Below the pieces are notes generated by a model. The model searched no databases. It saw only the letters and a program-made list of their open reading frames with translations, and had not been told where the DNA came from. From Gracilinanus agilis (Eukaryota), in assembly GCF_016433145.1 (NCBI RefSeq), contig NC_058130.1, positions 134,144,972 to 134,208,971 of the forward strand: a DNA stretch of 64,000 nucleotides. Direction: 5' to 3'. Shown in pieces: positions 22,629 to 38,579 of the stretch. Each line of letters starts with the position of its first letter. The stretch's first letter is position 1. The position numbers and the translations under genes were made by a program.

Positions 22629-23926
22629 AGAGTTACAGTGTCTTTAATCTCCAAAATAAAAAATAAAAAATCAGTTACCTTAATTAATGGGTGGGCTTGA
22701 ACCATGTACTCATCTAGATGAGTACAAAGAATGTATTGGAATTTAAGAAACTTAGTTTGTAAACCTTGCAATTGAGCTTGGGGGGAGGGAGGGAATGATT
22801 TTGTTTACAAATTCCTCTATTTTAAGATGCACTTTGAAAGGGGGGGAAGAAACATTGTTGTGGCTCCTGACTATATTTTGTTGGGAGGGAGGGCCCACCA
22901 CAATGCCTGCCTTCCAGGATTCAGCTAGCTTCAGAGTTGTACCTGAAGTTGCAGGGTTAAGGAAGGAAGTGTTTCAGCCTTTTGTTCAAATTTGTCCTTC
23001 AGAAAAATCTGAAATTCAAAGTTTATTCAGGGATAAGCCTTTTTTTCAGGCAAGGATGTGGGGCTATTTTGTGACTTCTTGAGAACTGGTACAAGCCAAA
23101 TCAGGCCCAGCCTCGACATCTTTTGTCCTTGGTGAAGCCATGTTTTAGAGGCCTTCGCCTTAGGGTTACCAGGACTTGGGGAAGGAGAAGGGAATGCTCC
23201 CATTTGGAGACCCTCCATTGAATCGAGGGTCTGTCCCCATCTCTGTTCCTCTTCCCCTTCCCCTTTCAAGACAATTGCACTCTGATTGATGTCACAAATG
23301 GGCATTTGTTGCATTTCAAACTTGGGGCCTTTGGGCCTTGCTTTGCCTCCATCCAGATGGATCTGTAAAATCTCAGGATAACTCAGAAACCTGAGGAAGT
23401 CTCAATCCATCACCAATATTTATTTAAAATATTAAGTGAAGTATATTATATAGAACAGTTTATTAAGTGCGTACTAGAGAGAATGTAACTGGTGTCCACC
23501 CTGCCTGGTCTCTTTGTTTAGTACTGCTGTTTAGTGAACTGAAAGTGGATGTTGGTACCAAAAACTATTTTTTTACTTTTGAACAACTTTGTAAAGTGGT
23601 GGAATTAAATCTTAAGTGTACTAATTGCTGTTCTCATGTCCTAGGAAAAATATTTAAAAGGATTTCAAATACCTGGTTAGGACAAGTGCTGGCAGTGGTT
23701 CTGTGGGTGGTGAAAGAGCTCAGAGGCTCCAGATATGACAGGCTGCAGACTCCCACAATGTCCCACTGATGCTTAGACCCACAACAAAGGTGCCTCATCT
23801 TAAAGGAACAACCTGTATGACTGGAGCCATGTCTGATAGTGGGAACAAGCCAGTGAAGGTGGGGTCCTTTTAAAAAGCAGAAGGCCAAAGCAGTGCAAGG
23901 CTATATATAGCTTTGCAGCCTTTTCC

Positions 23927-23929
<3 letters not shown>

Positions 23930-24010
<81 letters not shown>
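23930..24010. repeat. (CT)n microsatellite
   Basis: About 40 perfect CT units. Confidence 0.95.
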
Positions 24011-24014
<4 letters not shown>

Positions 24015-26088
24015 CCTCCCCCCCCCCTCATACACACACCTATCTTTCCTCTGGGGGTTAGATGTCAGCAGTATAAACTTGCCATTTACCCTGGACTATA
24101 TCTTTGAATAGGAAGTCCATGGCCTATAGAAGCTGGAAATAGAACACTACCATTTGGAGCTTCCTGTAGACGCTGAAGGGACATCCTGTAGCTTCTGATC
24201 CTTTCCTTGGGCCATAAGATACCTCCTCATTGTAGAAACATGATTCTGTACTTGAAAAAGCAGAATTCTGACATACTCGCTCTCCAAAGCAGTGTTATTA
24301 ACAGGGTTGCATAGGATAATGGCAGGACTTCACAAGAAAATTCACACTTGAAATATGTCCACAGATCTTTGTTCCCATAGCAATAAACATACAGGACTTG
24401 CCTGTCTCCAGCTTCTTCCACAGTTCCAGCTACAGGCAGTAAGTAGGTACTTCTCCTTGGCACTATCAGCTGTGTATGCCATGTACCAGCCTCCCTTTTC
24501 ATATGTGATTTATAGAAAGTAAATCTTTTTGTGGCTCTGCTAGGTCAGGCCAAGGGTTCTTAACAGGTCAGGTTTCTTACAGTGTTGAAGCCCAAATCTA
24601 AAGTAAAGGGAGTAGGTTTATTGCCTATTTGGGGTAGTTTCCTAGGTCAGAAGTCTCAGGCCCTTGGTTGTTCCACCTGCCATGGAACTGTACTGGTAAA
24701 GTGTTTGTGAACCTTCCATGCCCCCTGGGGCTCATCTCACTGTATTTACCTGAATTCATATTAAACTTGCAAACTTGCTCAGACTCTGTAGTGTGGTTTC
24801 TTTTTTTGAAGCTGTTGTCAGCTCTAGTCCAGTTTTAGGGTGAAGACTATAGCATATGCTAACAAAATCTGGAGGAGACCTGTGGGCAGAGTGGCTCCCT
24901 TCAAAGATCCAATAACATCTGAAGGAAGCAGTTGACAGGGATGTTGGAGATTATCTAGTTCAAGCCTCTCATTTTACAAATAAACTAAGGCCCAAAAAGC
25001 TGTTTAAGGGTCACACAGCTAATGATAAGAGTTGGGAACCTAAATTTCCTACTCCATTTTTTTATGTTGCATGGCCCTGTGCAGCCATTCTCTTGGTCTC
25101 TTGCTGTCATTTTCACTGAGTTGAGGGCTTTTTCCAGATGTGGTGGGGTTTGTTGAAGACCATTGTATAAATTTCAACTCTTTAAGACCCCAGCCTTTGC
25201 CCTTCAGGTCTTCTGTGCTAGCTTGGGTAGGAAGAGAGAGGACAGATTTATTTTCAATTTTTGGCCATCTGAGTTACTTGTGGCAGATATCTGGACCCAC
25301 ATCAAATCTGGGTGACTACTTTTCCACTTAGTATGACCATAGAAACTAGGCAAAACTACGGTATTTGATGTATAGCCTCAGCTGAACATCATTAGGAAAG
25401 TGACTGCCCTAGATATGTTTTACACTATATTATATACAACTATATTGTAAAATTTTTAATTTTTTAAATCTATGCCCAGAGGCCCAACGAAATGACCATG
25501 TTAACTTGGATTTCTACTGAAGCAACCTTGTGAGGGAAACAGGGCAATTGTTCCTCTCACTTTATAGACCCGGGGCACTGGGGCTCTGGTTCAGTAATGC
25601 CCATAGCTAATAAATGGAGCTGAGTTGGACTCATCAGCGTAAGTGTTACAGGCTGTATTAGCTGAATTGGGCACAGGTAAGGGGCTCCTGAGAATATTTC
25701 TTACATACATACACATACTTATACAGAATGGGAGTCTGGAGGAAGCCCGACACTCGGAGGTTTACAGCTAGGCCCTGTGACCCTCTCGATAAACATGGGT
25801 GGCTATTCTAGGAGAGACTGACAGAAACTCTCTCCACCTATGAGTGTATTTGGAGCAGGAAGAAGGGGGGGATTCTGGCTGGTCTTGCTCTGAGATGTCA
25901 GTGTCAGGTGACCGGGGCTGGGGGGGAAGGGGGGTGTTGAAGATCTGAGGGTCCTCCGGGAAGATGCTGATTGTTTGGCTTTGATGGACACATCCTTGGG
26001 TTTCTGTGGCTGGCTCTAAGGAGCCAGGTTGGGCAGGGCCAAGCACAATTCAGACATTGTGAGTGGGAGCAGAGCTTTGGACTGCAGC

Positions 26089-28503
<2,415 letters not shown>

Positions 28504-28743
28504 GAACCGCCTAATGGCTGGGCACCTTTGGTGATTCTCTTTGCCCTGCTTGCCCCAGCTTGTCCCTTGTCACTGCAGGAACCAGGGACTGCAGCAGGGA
28601 CATAATCACTCTGGGACCATGGTGGGGGCAGCTTCCTAAGTGCCAGGCCAGTGGGCTATAGGCCAGATTTAAAAATCTCTCCACTGGAAGCCAGGGTTTC
28701 TGTTCATACAGGGGGTGCTGGGGAGAGCCGAATTTTAATTCTG

Positions 28744-28749
28744 AATAAA
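28744..28749 (+). terminator. BRICD5: BRICD5 poly(A) signal AATAAA
   Basis: First AATAAA after the stop codon (240 nt downstream). Confidence 0.7.
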
Positions 28750-28818
28750 ATGATCACCAATGTCCTGACCCTGTGCTGATTCGATGAGACATGTCCCAGC
28801 CCAGCCTTTGGGATTTAG

Positions 28819-28824
28819 TTTATT
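28819..28824 (-). terminator. MLST8: MLST8 candidate poly(A) signal AATAAA
   Basis: TTTATT on + strand about 680 nt downstream of the MLST8 stop. Confidence 0.6.
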
Positions 28825-29504
28825 CCATAGATCAGAAGCCAATCCTACGCCCTTCTATCCTACAGAAGCAGTGGCTGGCAGGGTGCCTCTATCCCAGATC
28901 CAGGGACTCCTAGTCTCTAACCCTGTCACCCTAAGCTACTATGCTTTGTACCTGTTGTCTCAAGTCTCCAAGGCCCAGGCCCACCCTCTTTCTGTTTTCT
29001 AACAGTTCAGCTGGATTTAGTCCTCCTGGACCGAACTCACTCTATAGAAGACTAAGAGTTAGGTATGGTTTAAGGATGAGGTTGAGGAGTGGGGCCTGAA
29101 GAGAACTGCTTTCACTCTTGAAGCTGATGAGGTTGTGTGCACAGACACCAGATGAAACTGGCTTTTTAATGTCCAACTTTCTCTGTCCAAGAACTCTATA
29201 TGTACACATAAGCATAGAAAGGGAACGTCCTGACCACAATGGAAGGCCCCAGAAGAGGCAGACAGCACAAAACTGCCTTAGAACTAGCAGTGGGAAGTTC
29301 AGCCCACTATCCCTTTACTCTCCCCAGTTCCATTCCTATGAAGCCTTCTCCAGTGCCCTGAGACCAAGAAGGGGGTAGAGCTAGGACTCCTCTTTGAGTT
29401 GAAGCTGAGATTTCCCATGTTCAGAAGCCACATTTCTTTAACTAGCACTGCAGTCTTGAGCAGCTCCTGTTCCCTGAAGGTCCAAGAGCAGAGAGGCTTT
29501 CAGG

Positions 29505-32500
29505 CTAGCCCAGGACACTGTCATTGAATGCCAGGCAGACTACAGCCTTCTGGTGTCCACCATACTCTCTCTTGATCTCTCCTGTGTCCACACACCACAG
29601 CCGTGCTAAATTATCAGAGGAGGCTGGAAAAAGGAGGAAAAGAGGTCCGTTATTGGGAGGCTTGGGCCAAAAGGAGGTTCTTTCCCTAGGGAACTAGGAT
29701 ATATGCTCTGACACCTCCCTCCCCTCCTCCCCCACAATGGACACGTCTGGTCCTCAGGGCCGCGGTCCCTCTAACAGGGTCTGCCAGGAAAGGTGTCAGT
29801 ACAAGCCTGCCTCCCAAACCCACGCTCCCCTCTCAGGGGCTGGAACACTAGAACAGACCCCAAGCCTTTGATAAGGCCAATACTAGGATTCTAATGCCCT
29901 GGCTCTGGGACCTCACAGCCTCAACTCAGGGTGTCACTATGGCAGAGACCCATGGCGGACTCAGAAAGCTGGGCTCTCTGCTGTCTGGTTTCTAAGTCTG
30001 GAGGGCATGGGACCAAGCCCCCAAAGAGCCCCCCGGGCCTCAGAGGCTTACCTGTTACAATGTACTGAGAGTCTCCAGAAAAGGCGCAGTCCCACATCCA
30101 GCCTCTCGAAGTCTCTCCAGGATTGTTGCTCTTAATGCTTAGCTCTGTCATCAAAGAGAAATTTGAGGTCCTCCAGATTTTGCACGTTTGGTCTGCTGAG
30201 CAGGTGGCCAGGAGCCTGTGGGAAGGTGAGAGCTCCTAAGGGTTCTGCCAGTGGACTCATCCCAAACCACTAGGCCTTCCCTATGGCTGACTAAACACCC
30301 AGGCTCATACCCCACAAGACTCAATCTAATTCAACTGTCTTTGCTACACTGAACATACCAGGCTGAAAGCACTGGTGTCAAACTCAAATTGAAACAGGCC
30401 ACTGAAGCCTACTCGAGGATCCCTGGGGGCCACAGAGTGACTTAGAAAATGGCATATTTATTTTGTTAGATGTTTCCCAATTACATTTTAATGGTTTGGC
30501 ATTTGGAAGGATGGGGCCCTCAGGCTGCTTGCTCAACATCTTTGTACTAAATGACACAGGGGGTATGAATTACCTGAGCAGGGAAAGATCTGAGAAAGAG
30601 GACCAATGGGCCATTCCTTTCCCTGTGATAGGATTTCAAGGCATCTCTGAAATCCAGGAGACTACTCAGCCTGAAAGTACTTCACCCACACACTGCATAA
30701 ATACATGTTTCTCTTCAGAAATGACTGATGTAGGAGTAGTTAGGGCACAGTGGATAGAGTGAGAGGCCTGGAAATGGGAGGTCTCAGGTTCAAATGTGAC
30801 CTTGGACACTTCCCAGCTGTGTGACCTTGGACAAGTCACTTAATAACCCCAACTGCCTTGCCCTCATTGTTCTTTTGCCTTGGAGCTGATAAACAGTATT
30901 TAGAAAAGAAAGAACTGATATTTCTTTATAGCATTTCAGGTCTCAAAGTGCTCTTTTTCACAACCCTGTGCAGCAGGTAAGTACAGGTACTAAAAGCCAC
31001 ATTTAACAGATTATGTAACTGGCTTAAAGAATTTAAATAGCTTGCCTAAGGTTCATGGAAGGCCAAGCCGACTGCCTCAGGGTTGACAGCCTGCCTATAC
31101 TTTGTACTCCATCTCCCATTCCCTAAAGATGACTCATCCAAGTGGCCTGCTGGGAGGGGAAAAGGGTGGACAGTCATGGAATTATTTCATAGCATGTAAA
31201 TTCAGACTTTGTAGGTCATGTAGTACAACTTCTGCCCAATGCACACATCTCTAGAAGATCTCTGGTCATCTAGCTTCTGCTTGAACACCTCTAGTGATAA
31301 GGAACTAACTATTTGTCAATGCAGGTATCTAGTTTTGGACAGCCATTTCTTAGGATAAGCTCAAATCTCTCTCCCCAAACCTTCCATGTATTAGTTCTTA
31401 TACTCTCCCCTGGAACCACACAAAATAAATTTAACTTCCCTTCCACACAACCACCCTTCACATAGTTGAAGACAATTATACCTCCTCCTAGTTTTCTTCT
31501 TGGGGTCTGTTCTAGTGTTCCAGCCCCTGAGAGGGGAGCGTGGGTTTGGGAGGCAGGCTTGTACTGACACCTTTCCTGGCAGACCCTGTCTACACAACCC
31601 TACTTCCTAAGAGGCAAGATTCTGACTTCATTCTGGTAATCCTCCTCCAGACACATTCTAGCTTGTCAGTATCTCTTCAAATATGGTGGCCCCTCCTGGA
31701 CACCATACCTCAGACTTGGCCTTGTCAGGGCAGAATTCAGTAAGACTCTGATTTCCCTCCTTCAGGACACGACACTCCATTTCTATCGCTGCTGCCTCAC
31801 ATCACAGTGAGCTTCCAGGCGCCATGAACTATCTACCTATCCAAAACCTAGCCCAATCTTCCCCATCCTGTATTTGTGTGGCCGACCAAGAATACATTTA
31901 TCCTCATTACCTTTCATCCATCTTTGATTCTGTCCATCATGACCCTTTGAGATCCTGGTTCTGTTATCCCACCTGTAAATTACTCCTTTGTGAACATGAA
32001 ATCTATAACTTCATCCAAGACACTGATAAAACTGATGAAAGACAATCCTGTGACTTGCCACAACAGATGTCCCAGCAGGTTTGACACCATTCATAGGATT
32101 ATAGGATTTTGAGCTAAAAGGGATTAGCTCAAATTTATGAAATTCTAAACAGCCTGGAATGAAGGGCCAGGCTAGAAAACTTTAGTAAATGCTATTTACA
32201 AATCTCAAAAGTGCCATAAAAATATGAGGTGAGCTGTGAGTTATTTGTGCACTGAATCACACTTGAGCTGATTTTGGGGTCTTAGGGGAAGTTCAGTCAT
32301 TTGCCCAAGGTCACACAGCTAATCATTGCCTAAGCCAGGATCTTAACCCAATTCTCCCGACTCTAGTTTCAATGTTCTTTCCATCTGCACCATATGTTCT
32401 ACCACAGGACATCTTCACGGACTGTTCCAAATGGAAGTCATCTAAGAGCATTCTCCTTGTGGCCCTTGGCATATCCTGCCTTGCCCTGTCCTTATTAATG

Positions 32501-35500
32501 TGCATGTTTTACTTGAGCTCCAGGGAATGTAGGAAGTGCTTAATAAATTAAAATAGCCCCTGGGACCAGTGACTTAGTAGATCATAATGCCACCTTAGTA
32601 CTGCTATCCTGTGGGTGACACTTCTGCATCTTGTCCCCCCAGAGGCTATATGCCAGATGCTTTGCTGAAAACCAAAGGCCTTGTGTTGATTGGGCTTTAG
32701 TTCAATTCCCTCAGTGGTCCTACTCTGTACTCACGTGGAGTCAGGACTGAACCGACACTGCAGGGCATATCTCGTATGAGCTGGGATTTTGGTTTTGGGA
32801 ATCAGCTGAGTCACTTCTTCCCCAATGCCTCCGGTCAAGTTCCAGACGTAACAGTTTCCCTACAAAGTCAAAGGGAGAGAAGTCGAGGGGAAATGCTGAA
32901 GTAACTTTCCCCCATGAACTTCAAGGTCTTAGTCCTGTTCCAGGTCAGCCATCCCATGACATCAACATGTGGATGGGGGGAGCAGAGAAAGGCTGGTACT
33001 GATTTAGTCCAAAGCTTTGTGGTACTGAAGAAGAAGCTCTGAACCTTGAAGCTGACACAACCAGGTGTAGGCAGACAGGAAGGTCTGAGTAGAAAGGATG
33101 GGGGTGCTGGCTTGGCCTAGCAAGGATGGGGAGCCATTTTGACTTGGGCAGAGTTTGGTCAGGAGAAGAGCCAAAAGCATGCCAGTACACTGTCAGAAAC
33201 TGTTGGCGATAAGGCTCTCTAAGGAGAACACAGACTGAGGTGGGGCAGGGGTGGGAGAAACCTCCCTGAGTTCTACTGGAGAGTGGCTGGCAGGAAGGGA
33301 CGGCAGAGATCTGCAGATGTCTTCAGTCTCCTTTTCTTGTCTTCCCCCCAGCATAGCTGGCTACAGGACTGGGCCCTCAGACGAGCCTGGGAGCAGGGCA
33401 GAGGTGCGTCCCCAAGCAGGGAAAAAGCCAAATGGTTCTTACTGTACTGTTGACAGCTGCCATGTAACTGGCATCAGGGTCAATGTGAACTGAATTCACA
33501 GAGACTTCTGGTTCTGGAATCAGCTGCTCATTGTGGTCAGTTTTCAGGTCCCAGATGTGGATAGCGCCGCTCTGGTCACCAACAATCAGTTCAGCCTGCA
33601 TGGATGGTACGATCAGTCTCTGATGCCTCCCAAATGACCTGAGGGTAGACCTCTGACCTCCCGTGCCCAAACTGCAGGGGAAAGGCACTTCTGATATCTA
33701 AAGGCACGGATCAATAGACTGGACTCTATTGCCCTACACAGGGGATGGGCTAGAGTTTTAGCTAGACTTTTGGTGCTGCTTTAACTATTTGGTGCAAAAC
33801 TTTCTGACCACATCATGTTGCCATGGCTCATTCCAGAGGTTTAGTGCTCATGGATCTCACCCTGGATCTCACCTTTTGCTCTTTCATTTACTAACCTCTC
33901 CAAATGGAAAGTGTGAATCAAGGGTTGGAAGTCATTGAAAAGGGAAGGGCAGCAGATCTGTTCCACATGACTCTCAGACTCTATTCTGTTCCAGTCACTC
34001 TTGTTCAGCTGTTTTCATTAATAATTTGACCCCAAGAAGTAGGCACAGAGGAACTCACCCACCTGCCTACTCAGAAAAGCTCCATGTTGCCACCTCTTTC
34101 TGCCTAGGAAAGACTCAGACCCACATATCCCCACAAAGTCCATTTCCAAGGGGAAACATCTCCAGAGACCAGCCTATTGCAGACAAGCATGCCAGGCCCA
34201 GAAAAAGCTCACTTGTGGTGGCTGTCATGGACAGAGGAGGTTCCTGGCTGGGGTATGGGCAGGAAGCAGGCAGACAGGAAAGCAGGTTACCTGGTTTGGG
34301 TGCAGACACACACAGTTAATAGGCGCGTTCACTTGGAAAATTCGCTGGCACTGGAGATTCCGTGACCTGGCATTAAGACAAACTCACTATTGGCGCATGG
34401 CACAGTGCCAATGCACCTGCTTATCTTGGAGCTGAGTCACCCTGACCGCTTACCCTGAGTTGCCAGAAAACCCAGGCCTCTAGGGGCCATCACCAGCCCC
34501 AGAAGGCCTGTCATTGGGGAACTGAATTCCAGGGGTACGGTAGCCCCCTGCTAAGCAGAAGTTCTGCTCCCTTCAGGTTATGGGACCTAAGCAGGTGGGC
34601 CCTGAACAAGTCTGTTTGAAACACAGTAAAAGTCTGCATAGCTTGCTTCTCCAATTCCCAAGCCAAGGGCTGAGCTGGGCTCCCTCCTCATCTCATTTTC
34701 CCAGAGTGGGTTAAATCATTCTCACATCCTTATTCCCCAAACTCTACCCGAATTTCTCTAGTCCCCCATTACCCCTTGTCGTTGGTACCTGAGGTCCCAG
34801 ATCCTGGCCATGCTGTCCTCTCCTCCTGTGTACATCCAGCGGCCATCCTCATGGAATCCCACGGAAGTGATGTTCTTGCTCACTCCATCGTAGTTGATGA
34901 CGGGGTTGGGGTTATTGGAATTGAGATCATACATCCGGATGTGCTGGTAACCTGAGGGACACAAGTGCAACCTTACTAGCGATCTCTTTCCCTGGCTTCC
35001 CAAGACTAATGGTGAGAGCCCCAGTGAGAGACAAGGGAAAGCCAGTAACAAATCCCCAAAGACAAATGGCTAAAAGCATGATGTGCCTGGTGTGAGACAG
35101 AAGGCACACCGACATGCCTCTCCTCATACCCTAGCCCAGATTAGAGGAAAGAACAAGAGAGAGCCCTGGAAAAGCTCCAAGGCTTTGTGCTGGCTCCCCG
35201 ATTCCCTGGGGGACCTTCCCTCACTGTCCCATGGCCTCTATGCCTCAACAGGAATCGGCGTGAAACATGGCTCTGCTGTGCCTACTGCCTGACCAGCTGG
35301 GTGGCAAGGACAGGGCTGGGGAGGTGGCTGTCTCCTCTCTGAGGCTCTTGGCACTGATACCTCCTTTCTTGTCCACCTCAGTAGTGAAACCCATAACCCA
35401 TCTTCAAAACGCCACCTCCCTAAACCTAGGAAGGGGCTGCCTATAGCCCTTCGACTGCACCAACATGATGACTGAAATGAAATTTTAGGCTGATTGCATT

Positions 35501-36807
35501 AGGGTTTGTGGGGCCTGTCAGAGTTCTTGTGGGAAGCCAGGAGGGCACAGGTCTGACTTGCTTCCTCATCCCATCCGGTCCAAGCATGGGTACCTGCAGC
35601 AGCAATCATGCTTCTGTCGGGGGTGATCTCCAGGGCATTCACCTGCTATGCAGTTAGGTTAAGGTCATTGAAGACAGAACAAGAGATGCTATCACAAAAT
35701 GTGTCTCGCACTCAGAGGGCTCATAAAGCGAAGCAGAAAGCCAAACAGTGACAAGACAAACAGCTGGAAGCTCTTGTCTCTAGCGGAAGCCTCAGGGTGT
35801 ATCCGTCAGGCCTGGGAAAGGTGTGTAGGCAGAGCATAAAGAGGCACAAACATACAAAAACACCCACAAGACAGGGTGGTGGCTTAGACTACGGAGGTTC
35901 TTATGGCCCTAAAAGGCCAAACTGCTCTGCCTGGCATTCAAGGCTTCCTTGAAGATTTACCTACCTTTGCCCTACCTCTCCAATTACTTTCCTCCTGTTC
36001 TCTTCACATCTTCATCCATGCTGTTCCCACCTTCCTCTTTTCTTAGTCTCTTCCAATCTTTCAAAGTCCAACTCAAGTCCCATCTCCTACTGCAAGCCTT
36101 CCTTCTTCAATGACTAGGGCCTTCACCCATCTCTCAAGCCCCTAAATACGCAGGAGGCAATGGAGAAGAGTAGAAAGAGCCCTGGAAGGAGTCAGTGCTT
36201 AGCCCAGTGCCTGGCACTGATGGAGAATAATGCAGTTCTGGCATTGCCTCTGCTGCTGACTTGATGTGGGACCTCAGGCAAGTTAGCTTCCCTCACTGGG
36301 CCTCAGTTTCCTCCTTAGTAAAGTGAGAGGGTTGGGCTGCATGATTCCCTAATCCCTCCACCCAGAGGAAACTTAGAGGGTCATAGATTTAGAGCCAAAA
36401 GGCACTTCAGATGGCAGCGAGGCACAGAGAAGTTAAGCGACTTGCCTAGAATCACACAGCTCACAAGTGTCTAAGGAAGGACTTTGCTCCTAGGTCGGTC
36501 TGCCTCCAAGTCAACACGGAGCTGCCTCCATCATACAGTGTCATACAGCGAGCACCCCCCAGGAAGGAGCGTTGCCGGCCCTGCTACTGCTTCTACAGCG
36601 CCCCTATCCCCCACGGCCCGGTCCGGCCCAGCCCGTGAGCTCCCCAGGCCCAGAAGGGCGCCCTCCTCCAAAGGATACCGAGTCTTGGTGCTGCACCGTG
36701 CGGGTACAGATCCCGCTGTGGGCCTGCCAGAAGCGCACGGTGTGGTCGTAGCCGGCGGTGGCGAGGATGACGGGGTCGCTGCCCACGGTGCCCTGGGACG
36801 TGTTCAT
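29505..36807 (-). CDS. MLST8: Target of rapamycin complex subunit LST8 (WD40), complement(join(29505..29623,30052..30215,32735..32859,33443..33595,34291..34366,34789..34951,35594..35645,36679..36807)), 326 aa
   Basis: [32 protein letters not shown] ... [20 protein letters not shown]. Eight exons sum to 981 nt in frame with GT-AG junctions. Confidence 0.98.
35646..36678 (-). other. MLST8: U12-type (minor spliceosome) GT-AG intron of MLST8
   Basis: Donor |GTATCCTTT at 36678; branch site CCTTAAC at 35664-35658, about 12 nt from the acceptor TAG|; no polypyrimidine tract. Confidence 0.93.
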
Positions 36808-37229
36808 GCTGGGGCCCTTTCAGGGAGACGCCTGCGGCTGAAGAGATGGCTTGAAGGCGAGTCACTGTACCCACTGCAGCCTTGGTTTCCTCATCTGTAA
36901 GATGGAGAGAATAAGGGCCACAATCACAACCTCGCAGGGAAGCCGCGGGGAAAACTCCAAGGCTCATGGATCTCCTCCCGCCCCACGCCCTCGCATTCAT
37001 CAGCTCAGAGACGGCCATCCACGCAGCCTGCGCTTTCGTCCTTGCTGTCCAATCAGTTCAGAAACGCCATCGGCTTTATCCTGGGATATCTGTGTCCCTG
37101 GCCTGTATCTACTTGCTCTGTCACCGCCAGCACAGGCCTTTATTCCCGGAATACTGGAATAGGCCTTCCTCACATCCATTCTCTCCTCTCTAATCCATCG
37201 GAAACTGCCAGGATCATCTTTTTTACACA

Positions 37230-38510
37230 AAAATTATATCACTTTTCATGTAAAAAATAGTGTTTACTAACTTAATAAACAAAATAAAAGGAACAAGTAA
37301 TTGTCTAATATTTAAAATACAGTTTTTGGGAGGTGGCTCTATGGATTGAAAGCCAGGCCTAGAGACAGGTGGTCCTGCGTTCAAATCTGGCCTCAGGTGC
37401 TTTCTAGCTGTGTATCCTGGGCAAGTCACTTAACCCCCAGCGCCTAGCCCTTACCACTCTTAGGCCTTGGAACCAACACATAGTATTGACTCAAAGATGG
37501 AAGGTAAGGGTTTAACAATTAAAATAAAATAAAATAAAATATAGCTCTTACTCGGATCATTCTTTATTTAAATTATCCATCCTGGGGGTGGAAAAAGCCT
37601 GTAGGCAACACTGCAAATATATTTTACAGTCAAACCTTCTGCTATCCCCCCTCCACAGCTTTCTTCAATTGTACTAAGGTTCACGATCTAAAGTGAGCCC
37701 CAGCCTGTGGCATTTAGCATTAAATGATCTTTTCACCAGAGCAAACAAATAGGTCTCAACGTCTGTGAATATAACCCACTTCAATTAAACTAGAAGTGTT
37801 GGCTTTCATCAAAATAGGCACAGTGGGATCTATCTGATATTAGCTGCAATGCCAAAATGAGTACAAGAGGGATATACAGTCCAAGATGGGTTTGTAGAAA
37901 TATCAAGATAAGAGAACATATTCTGACAAGCGGAACCTCCAAATTTTGTTCTATCACTTACATGAGTGTGGAGCTGAAAGGATCTAGCCCTGTATGTAAT
38001 CCACTGCAAAGTTATTCCTTGTCAACTCTGACTTGGCACATTCAATTAGCTTAAAAAAAGCAAAAACAGCTGACCTAGGATTTGCTGGTCCACCTAAAAC
38101 AAAATTAGTGTTGCAGCCAAGGTTTTTACATTGCTGTTTGTAAGCAAACTCTATGTAACTGCTTTTATTTCTTTGTGTTTATTGAGAAGGTAGTGCCAGA
38201 TGTCAACCTCAAACCCTGGCAAATCTACTTTGTTATGGAGATTTCAGTTCCAAGTGTTTATCAATGTTCCATTTTTCTGTGAAAATCAGACCATACTCAC
38301 ATTTATATTTGCTTTTCAAATTCCTGTTAACTTTACACTGTCTGTATGTCTGATGAACCAGACAATAAGAATTCTGCTCCACTGAAAGACTTTGTTTTCA
38401 CATCCAGTTTTGCCAATCCCAAACTAAATCCTTTATTGAAAATATTTCTGGCAGTCTTGACAAGTTTAGTGTATAATGGAACCATACTCATTGCCAAGGA
38501 CAATATGGCA
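37230..38510 (-). pseudogene. VDAC2: Processed pseudogene of voltage-dependent anion channel 2, including 3' UTR
   Basis: From ATG 38491: MSMVPLYTKLVKTARNIFNKGFSLGLAKLDVKTKSFSGAEF..YKCEYGLIFTEKWNID..AKSELTRNNFAV..SFNAKCHRLGLTLDREP* (stop 37676-37674). Intronless with frameshifts; VDAC2-like 3' UTR interrupted by a SINE1 at about 37326-37520. Confidence 0.9.
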
Positions 38511-38579
38511 AATCCTCAGGAGGGGGTGATCTGGTAGTCATGTAAAGGTCACTTGACACACCAGGGCCTCTTTCTTCTA

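Noticed and set aside
24200-24510. 91-aa minus-strand ORF between PGP and BRICD5
   Set aside because: No recognisable domain or splice context; could not be supported.
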